In this document: positions 58,842 to 64,000 of the stretch, one piece after another
Layout of the letters: each line of letters begins with the position of its first letter
Numbering within the stretch: position 1 is the first letter of the stretch
Source: a virus
Reading direction: 5' to 3' (one strand)
Length of the DNA: 64,000 nt
Virus record (IMG/VR): IMGVR_UViG_3300008117_000018
Span: 1 to 64,000 of that record
The notes under the pieces: generated by a model
Database searches by the model: none
Seen by the model: only the letters and a program-made list of their open reading frames with translations
What the model was told of the DNA's origin: nothing
Position numbers and translations under genes: made by a program

Positions 58842-58867
58842 AAAAAACCCATCATTTCTGATGGGTT
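58842..58867 (-). terminator. Intrinsic terminator
   Basis: AACCCATCA-tttc-TGATGGGTT with a T run on the minus strand. Confidence 0.75.
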
Positions 58868-58887
58868 ACTTAAATATTTTAATTAGA

Positions 58888-59559
58888 TTAAGCCGGTAGT
58901 TCTTCCTCACCCTCTTCCTCTTCTTGTGCTTGACCCTGTCCTTGTGCTTGACCCTGTCCTTGTGCTTGACCCTGTCCTTGTGCTTGACCCTGTCCTTGTG
59001 CTTGACCCTGTCCTTGTGCTTGAGGTTCTTCAAATTCACCTTCTTGAGCTTGAGCTTGACCTTGTGCTTGACCTTGTCCTTGTGCTTGACCTTGTGGCTG
59101 TGCTTGACCTTGTCCTTGTGCTTGACCTTGTCCTTGTGCTTGACCTTGTCCTTGTGCTTGACCTTGTGGTTGTGCTTGACTTTGTGGCTGTGCTTGACCT
59201 TGTGGCTGTGCTTGCATTTGAGCCTCACCTTCTACTTCAACTTGCGGTTGAGATTGAGATGATTGTCCCTGAGCTTGACCACCCATAAGAGCATTACCTG
59301 GAAGCTTTTCAACGTCCAAATTATTCATATTAATATATTTAACAATTTCCTCGGCGATATCAACATCCCCAAAAAATTGGCGTAAATTCTTACCTGTTGT
59401 ATCTTTTACTTTTTTAACATAAGCATTGATTAATGACTGAGGAATGTCAATCATTGTCTTAACTTTATAGATATCGTTTACTTGTAAAACAGATTCTTTT
59501 ATAATCTCTTCTCTGTTTTTTCTAATACGATAACTTTCAAATGTTCTAATGTGCTTCAT
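58888..59559 (-). CDS. Leader-bearing protein with Gln/Gly/Ala low-complexity tail
   Basis: MKHIRTFESY; (QGQGQA)n; late promoter 59584-59593. Confidence 0.8.
   Translation of the reverse strand: MKHIRTFESYRIRKNREEIIKESVLQVNDIYKVKTMIDIPQSLINAYVKKVKDTTGKNLRQFFGDVDIAEEIVKYINMNNLDVEKLPGNALMGGQAQGQSSQSQPQVEVEGEAQMQAQPQGQAQPQSQAQPQGQAQGQGQAQGQGQAQGQGQAQPQGQAQGQGQAQGQAQAQEGEFEEPQAQGQGQAQGQGQAQGQGQAQGQGQAQGQGQAQEEEEGEEELPA
58924..59215 (-). repeat. 18-nt tandem repeats encoding QGQGQA/QPQGQA
   Basis: tgtgcttgacc(c/t)tgtcct units. Confidence 0.9.
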
Positions 59560-59616
59560 TTTTTAGCTATATTTTTTATAAATTATATATTAAGTAAAAA
59601 AAATCATTTTTTTCAC

Positions 59617-60108
59617 TTATTTTAGAATAGATAATAATATCAATCCTATTATTCCAGCAACGCCTATACCATAACCAACATTCTTTTTCACCTTTAATCT
59701 TGTTATCTCACCTTCCAAAGTCGTGACTTTAGTATTTAATTCAATTTTCTGATTCTCACACTCGACAGAGAGCCTATTTGCATTGTCTAATCTTTGTTGT
59801 AAATTTGAAATAAGTAAATCTTTATCAACTAATTGTTCTTTTAACAACTTTACATCTAATTCAAGAAAAGAAATTGTCTTTTTTTGCTCATCTATAACTT
59901 TTATATAAGAATTACTAAGATTATCACAATCCACTATTGCCTTTTCTAAAAGTGATAATATTTCCATATTGTTGTCTAATTTTTGAGCCTGTTCTATAGT
60001 CATCACTACAACTTTATTACCACTCGAATCAACTTCAATTTTAGGGTAGGTTTGTGAAAAACAAAGTAAGCTAGTAAATAAAACTAATATAGTAAGAACG
60101 TGTTTCAT
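59617..60108 (-). CDS. Exported coiled-coil protein with C-terminal TM (spanin-like candidate)
   Basis: Signal peptide ending CFS-Q, coiled coil, C-terminal TM. Confidence 0.5.
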   Translation of the reverse strand: MKHVLTILVLFTSLLCFSQTYPKIEVDSSGNKVVVMTIEQAQKLDNNMEILSLLEKAIVDCDNLSNSYIKVIDEQKKTISFLELDVKLLKEQLVDKDLLISNLQQRLDNANRLSVECENQKIELNTKVTTLEGEITRLKVKKNVGYGIGVAGIIGLILLSILK

Positions 60109-60112
60109 ATAT

Positions 60113-60529
60113 TCAATTATTTTTTAATTTGTCTTTTAAAGAATTTATTAAGTCATCACCTTCTCTTTTTAAAGGATTATCTTTAAGTTTCTGTATTCTT
60201 TTTTTTGACTCTTCAAGTATTTTTTTATTATCAGATAATTGATTGTTTGCAATTATCAAATTATTTTTTGCCACTCTTAAATCTTTTTCAATATTTTTTA
60301 TTTTTTCATCCCTATTAGAGATTATTTTCTGTATAGAAATATAATCTTTTTCCAATTTTTTATTTACTATTTTCAAAGAGTCTCTAATCTTTTCTATTTC
60401 TTGAATCTTTCTATCAGATTCTTTAATTTTCTTCTTATAATCACTACCTTGCATATACCACATTGTAGCAAAAATGATAGAACTAACAAGTAATGCTAAA
60501 GTTATTATTGAATTAACATTTAACTTCAT
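60113..60529 (-). CDS. N-terminal TM plus coiled coil (i-spanin-like candidate)
   Basis: Topology only. Confidence 0.5.
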   Translation of the reverse strand: MKLNVNSIITLALLVSSIIFATMWYMQGSDYKKKIKESDRKIQEIEKIRDSLKIVNKKLEKDYISIQKIISNRDEKIKNIEKDLRVAKNNLIIANNQLSDNKKILEESKKRIQKLKDNPLKREGDDLINSLKDKLKNN

Positions 60530-60631
60530 AAACTTTAATTTTTTTGATTATATATAATTATAGTTACCTTCAATTTTGATTTAAAAAACAAAATTTGTAT
60601 TTTTGTATCAAATTATTTTAATAAATAAGAA

Positions 60632-61213
60632 ATGTCTAAAACTTTATACTCATTCGATTTTGACGATACTCTTTGTCATACTATGTTACCAGAAAATGGT
60701 GAAAAAATCTGGTTTGAAAAAACTGGAACAAAGTGGCCTTATAGAGGATGGTGGTCAAAACCAGAAACAGTAGACCCTGAAATATTTTTTACTCCAAAGA
60801 ATGAATGGGTTTATTTAGAGTATTTAAAAGCCAAAAGAGATGAAGACTCTACAATTATTATGGCAACTGGTAGATTACAAATAGTTCCTAATATGAGAGA
60901 AAATATCATAAAAATCTTAAACCAACATAATTTATCTTTTGATGAAGTTTGGATTATAAATTCCACAGACGAACAACAAAGTGGAAATGGAAAAGATGGA
61001 ATTTATTTAAATTGGGGCGGTGATACATTTATGTTTAAAACTACACTTTTTGAAAAACTAATATCTATTACTCAATGCGAACACTTTGTAATGTATGACG
61101 ATAGACAAGAACACTTAGGTAGATTTGAAGAGTGGGCATCAACTCAAAATTGTAAAGTAACAATAGTAGACGTTGTAAATAAAAAATCAACAATTATAAA
61201 CGAAAATATATAA
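60632..61213 (+). CDS. HAD-family phosphatase (RNA-repair-type HAD-like)
   Basis: FDFDDTL, WWS.PE, MATGR, K, MYDDR..H; TATTTTTG at 60598-60605. Confidence 0.75.
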   Translation: MSKTLYSFDFDDTLCHTMLPENGEKIWFEKTGTKWPYRGWWSKPETVDPEIFFTPKNEWVYLEYLKAKRDEDSTIIMATGRLQIVPNMRENIIKILNQHNLSFDEVWIINSTDEQQSGNGKDGIYLNWGGDTFMFKTTLFEKLISITQCEHFVMYDDRQEHLGRFEEWASTQNCKVTIVDVVNKKSTIINENI

Positions 61214-61214
61214 G

Positions 61215-61505
61215 ATGAATATGGCAACAATTACAAAAAAGAAAACATCAACAAAAGTTGAAGAATTATTATCTAAACCATATCTTTTGGTTTTACACAA
61301 TGATGATTATAACACATTCGACCACGTAATAAATTGTCTGATGAAACACTGCGGTCATGAATTTGAACAAGCGAATCAGTGCGCACATATAGTTCATTTT
61401 AATGGTAAATGTGACGTCAAATATGGAGATTATGACACGATTTCAACTATGAAAGATAAATTGAAAAATGCGGGTCTTTCGGTAACAATGGAGGCTAATT
61501 CATAA
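61215..61505 (+). CDS. clpS: ATP-dependent Clp protease adaptor
   Basis: LHNDDYNTFDHVI.CL...C.H..EQA.QCA.IVH..GKC.VK.G. Confidence 0.92.
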   Translation: MNMATITKKKTSTKVEELLSKPYLLVLHNDDYNTFDHVINCLMKHCGHEFEQANQCAHIVHFNGKCDVKYGDYDTISTMKDKLKNAGLSVTMEANS

Positions 61506-63644
61506 TTATTTTAATCCAAACCAATTTCCATTATTTCCAACACTTCCTTTAGAACGATTTAAAAATTGTCTTCTAACCTTAAGAACTTGACCATAGTCAA
61601 CACCCTCGACATAGTCAACGTTCTTTAAACAATCATTAATATAGTTAGTCATTGATTTATCCATGTGCCTTGACATCCAGTCCTCACACATTTCCTTGAA
61701 CTCATTTTTACCAAAAAAAGATGTTGTGTTTACAATAGTCATAACTGTGTCATCATGACCGACATCGGCTGCATATTTTATATTACCAGCGTTTGTAGTA
61801 TGTTTAACAAAAGTAGTAATTTCTCTAATTGTATCTTCATTATTAATATAGAAAGATTTCGATGTCATCAAGTCTTGGTAATCTTTTACTAATAAATTTT
61901 TATTTTCTCCAACCTTTAATCCTATTTTTTCTTCGTTAGAGTCTGCTCTGTGTTTATATCTTACAAATACAGATGAGCCATAATTATTATTACCATCAAA
62001 AACTTGTGGCATCTCGGCTAATAATGTATTACCATAATTATTTAATTCTAATACAACTTTACAATTTTCCGGATTCAAATATTCAAAAACTAGAAGGTAT
62101 AATAACTCGGCTAATTGTTTTACAGAAACTAAATTACTTCTATATATTCCAACTTGTTCTAATCTAAAAAAATCAACTAAGGATTTATAAGAATTTTTTT
62201 GAGATTCTATTGTGTCTTTGGTTTTACTATTTAATTTAAAAATATTAATAACTGAATAATCTTGTCCCAGACCCTCTGAGATATCGACCGAGATTACAAA
62301 TCTATACTCCTTTCTTCTTAGTGGAATATAAACGTCATCGTCGTCTATCCAGATTAAATCTTTATAACTAAATTTTATCTTTCTTTCAAACTCAGACAAT
62401 TCTTCCCATTCATAATTTCTTTTATTATTAGTAAGATCATTAATTATAGCCTCATTTAATAATGATTTAGAAGCATTAATAAATCTAAGTCCATATTCCT
62501 GGTTAAAAGCATCCTCTCCACCAATATCCTTTATCGCCTCTTCTTTCCATGTAGTTATCTCAGCTAATGATAATAGAGGTATTTCATAATCTTTATCATT
62601 TTTCAACGTAAAAGTCTTAATTTCTTGATCTGAACAAGCATCATTATTATAAATGGATATAACATCTTTTTGTAAGTCAGTATTCCAATACATCTCTACT
62701 TTGGTGAGATGACCCCATTTAGATTTAATAATATCAAAAACATCTTCTTTTTTCAAACCATTATCAAATAACTGATGATTATTTAATCTTACATAAGTTA
62801 CAAATCTACCCGGCACTTGATACCAGTATACCCTCATTGGTTTATAGTTGTTTTTTAATGGATCACCCTGAGGTCTCTCAGCATCTGTAAGTAATTTATG
62901 AAACAAATTCATACCATTTGGAGTTGATGTAATTATAATTTTAGAATTTTGAACAGCGGCTGTTGTAGGAAATGCAGCGGTGTAATATGGCTCTATTATA
63001 TTAGATGGTATATGGGCAAACTCATCTAAGTAAAGCACATCTATTGTAAAACCAATAGCAGGTGTTTTAGTTCTAGCAGATGTTTTGATTCGACAACCAT
63101 TCTCAAATGTCAGCGATTTTTGATTCCAAGTTTTTATACCTGGTTTTAAAAAAAATGGTAGTAGTGAATAAATTGACTTTATCTTATCAACAATTTCAAC
63201 AGCAGTATCACCTTTATTAGCAACTATCATTATGTTTTTATCGTTATCAAATAAAATTTTATGCAACATGAAAATTGCAGAAGATATTGTTTTACCAACC
63301 TGCCTTGATGCCATTAATATATTAAATCTATTATTAATAAAATTATCAAGTATCTCTTTTTGATAATCTCTTAAAAGTATATTACCTATACTACCATCTT
63401 CTCTTTTTACTTTACAATATTTCTCAACAAAATAATGCACATCTAATGCACATCTAACATATTCCTGTTGCTCATCTGGTGTCATTCTGAAAGTCACACC
63501 TGATCTTCTTAATCCAACTTCACTTTTCAACCAAGGATTTTGATATCGCTTTACAACAATACCATCATTTATTTTATCTGTTGCCTCATCTACTAATTTA
63601 GTAGTAAATATCATTTGTTTTTCTTGAGCTTCATTAAAAGCCAT
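61506..63644 (-). CDS. Terminase large subunit (T4 gp17-like)
   Basis: LRDYQ, ASRQVGKT, YLDEFAH, ITSTPNG.N.F, SVDISEG.G.DYS, ELNN.G, GHDD.VM. Confidence 0.95.
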   Translation of the reverse strand: MAFNEAQEKQMIFTTKLVDEATDKINDGIVVKRYQNPWLKSEVGLRRSGVTFRMTPDEQQEYVRCALDVHYFVEKYCKVKREDGSIGNILLRDYQKEILDNFINNRFNILMASRQVGKTISSAIFMLHKILFDNDKNIMIVANKGDTAVEIVDKIKSIYSLLPFFLKPGIKTWNQKSLTFENGCRIKTSARTKTPAIGFTIDVLYLDEFAHIPSNIIEPYYTAAFPTTAAVQNSKIIITSTPNGMNLFHKLLTDAERPQGDPLKNNYKPMRVYWYQVPGRFVTYVRLNNHQLFDNGLKKEDVFDIIKSKWGHLTKVEMYWNTDLQKDVISIYNNDACSDQEIKTFTLKNDKDYEIPLLSLAEITTWKEEAIKDIGGEDAFNQEYGLRFINASKSLLNEAIINDLTNNKRNYEWEELSEFERKIKFSYKDLIWIDDDDVYIPLRRKEYRFVISVDISEGLGQDYSVINIFKLNSKTKDTIESQKNSYKSLVDFFRLEQVGIYRSNLVSVKQLAELLYLLVFEYLNPENCKVVLELNNYGNTLLAEMPQVFDGNNNYGSSVFVRYKHRADSNEEKIGLKVGENKNLLVKDYQDLMTSKSFYINNEDTIREITTFVKHTTNAGNIKYAADVGHDDTVMTIVNTTSFFGKNEFKEMCEDWMSRHMDKSMTNYINDCLKNVDYVEGVDYGQVLKVRRQFLNRSKGSVGNNGNWFGLK

Positions 63645-63688
63645 ACAGAGAAGTTATTTTTTATATATATTGCAAAAACCGAATCTCT

Positions 63689-64000
63689 ATGTCTAAATCA
63701 GAAAATGAAAGAAATAGAATTAAAGACGAATTTGACCAAATTCAATCAGAAGGTGGTGATTTTGATATATCAAAGCATTTAGCATCACCGGATGATTTAC
63801 CGGATCTAGGCGAAATTGAAATATATGACTACGATTCGGACTTAACAGCCTCTTCACATCAGTCAATGGATGTATTAGAATCTCTTGTAGATTTGTATCT
63901 CAGTGATGTACCTCAACTAAAAGAACATCCTTACATAAAAAATAAAATGAAAGAAGACGCAACAGTCTACGCTGAGGCTATTTTTTTATCTAAAATGACG
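63689..64000 (+). CDS. Partial acidic protein divergent from terminase (small terminase candidate)
   Basis: Open from ATG 63689 (MSKSENERNRIKDEF...) to the window end; TATATATA at ~63662. Confidence 0.5.
   Translation, partial: MSKSENERNRIKDEFDQIQSEGGDFDISKHLASPDDLPDLGEIEIYDYDSDLTASSHQSMDVLESLVDLYLSDVPQLKEHPYIKNKMKEDATVYAEAIFLSKMT

Noticed and set aside
58866-59288. ORFs 58866..59228 (-), 58924..59262 (+) and 58926..59288 (+)
   Set aside because: Alternative-frame shadows of the 18-nt repeat in 58888..59559
62553-62805. Intein in terminase
   Set aside because: No N-terminal C/S and C-terminal HN-C/S/T splice motifs
1-64000. Stop-codon reassignment (TAG/TGA) as seen in some jumbo phages
   Set aside because: Core genes are intact in code 11; reading through the TAGs at 563 and 1115 does not join the downstream ORFs

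Overview
AT-rich, densely coded 64-kb segment of a large T4-related (jumbo/huge) myovirus genome using genetic code 11. The host is probably a Bacteroidota bacterium (TAnnTTTG promoters, no Shine-Dalgarno sites, Bacteroidota-type ClpS and RNase R). Virion core genes: major capsid (gp23-like), prohead protease fused to a repeat scaffold, portal (gp20), large terminase (gp17), gp2/gp4, gp15, gp25, a tape-measure-like protein and a 1947-aa structural protein, plus a gp55-like late sigma factor and a clamp loader. Accessory content: a glycosylation cluster, Dam, NADAR, GSII glutamine synthetase, ClpS, RNase R, NFACT-R, SET, two Nudix, two M28-like hydrolases, ART/PARP-like and RNA-ligase-like proteins. 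Most notable: (1) about 20 unrelated proteins share an N-terminal MK-h-h-K-x-F/Y-..E leader resembling the T4 capsid-targeting sequence and mostly sit behind a TTAATATATA late promoter, often only 4-5 nt from the ATG, suggesting a large capsid-packaged, injected enzyme cargo system; (2) an unannotated tmRNA with an alphaproteobacterial-type GGCAGUA T-loop and a 29-aa tag that runs past an LVAA degron, accompanied by RNase R, NFACT-R and ClpS; (3) two stand-alone capsid-protein fragments. All protein calls come from motif recognition by eye, without database searches.
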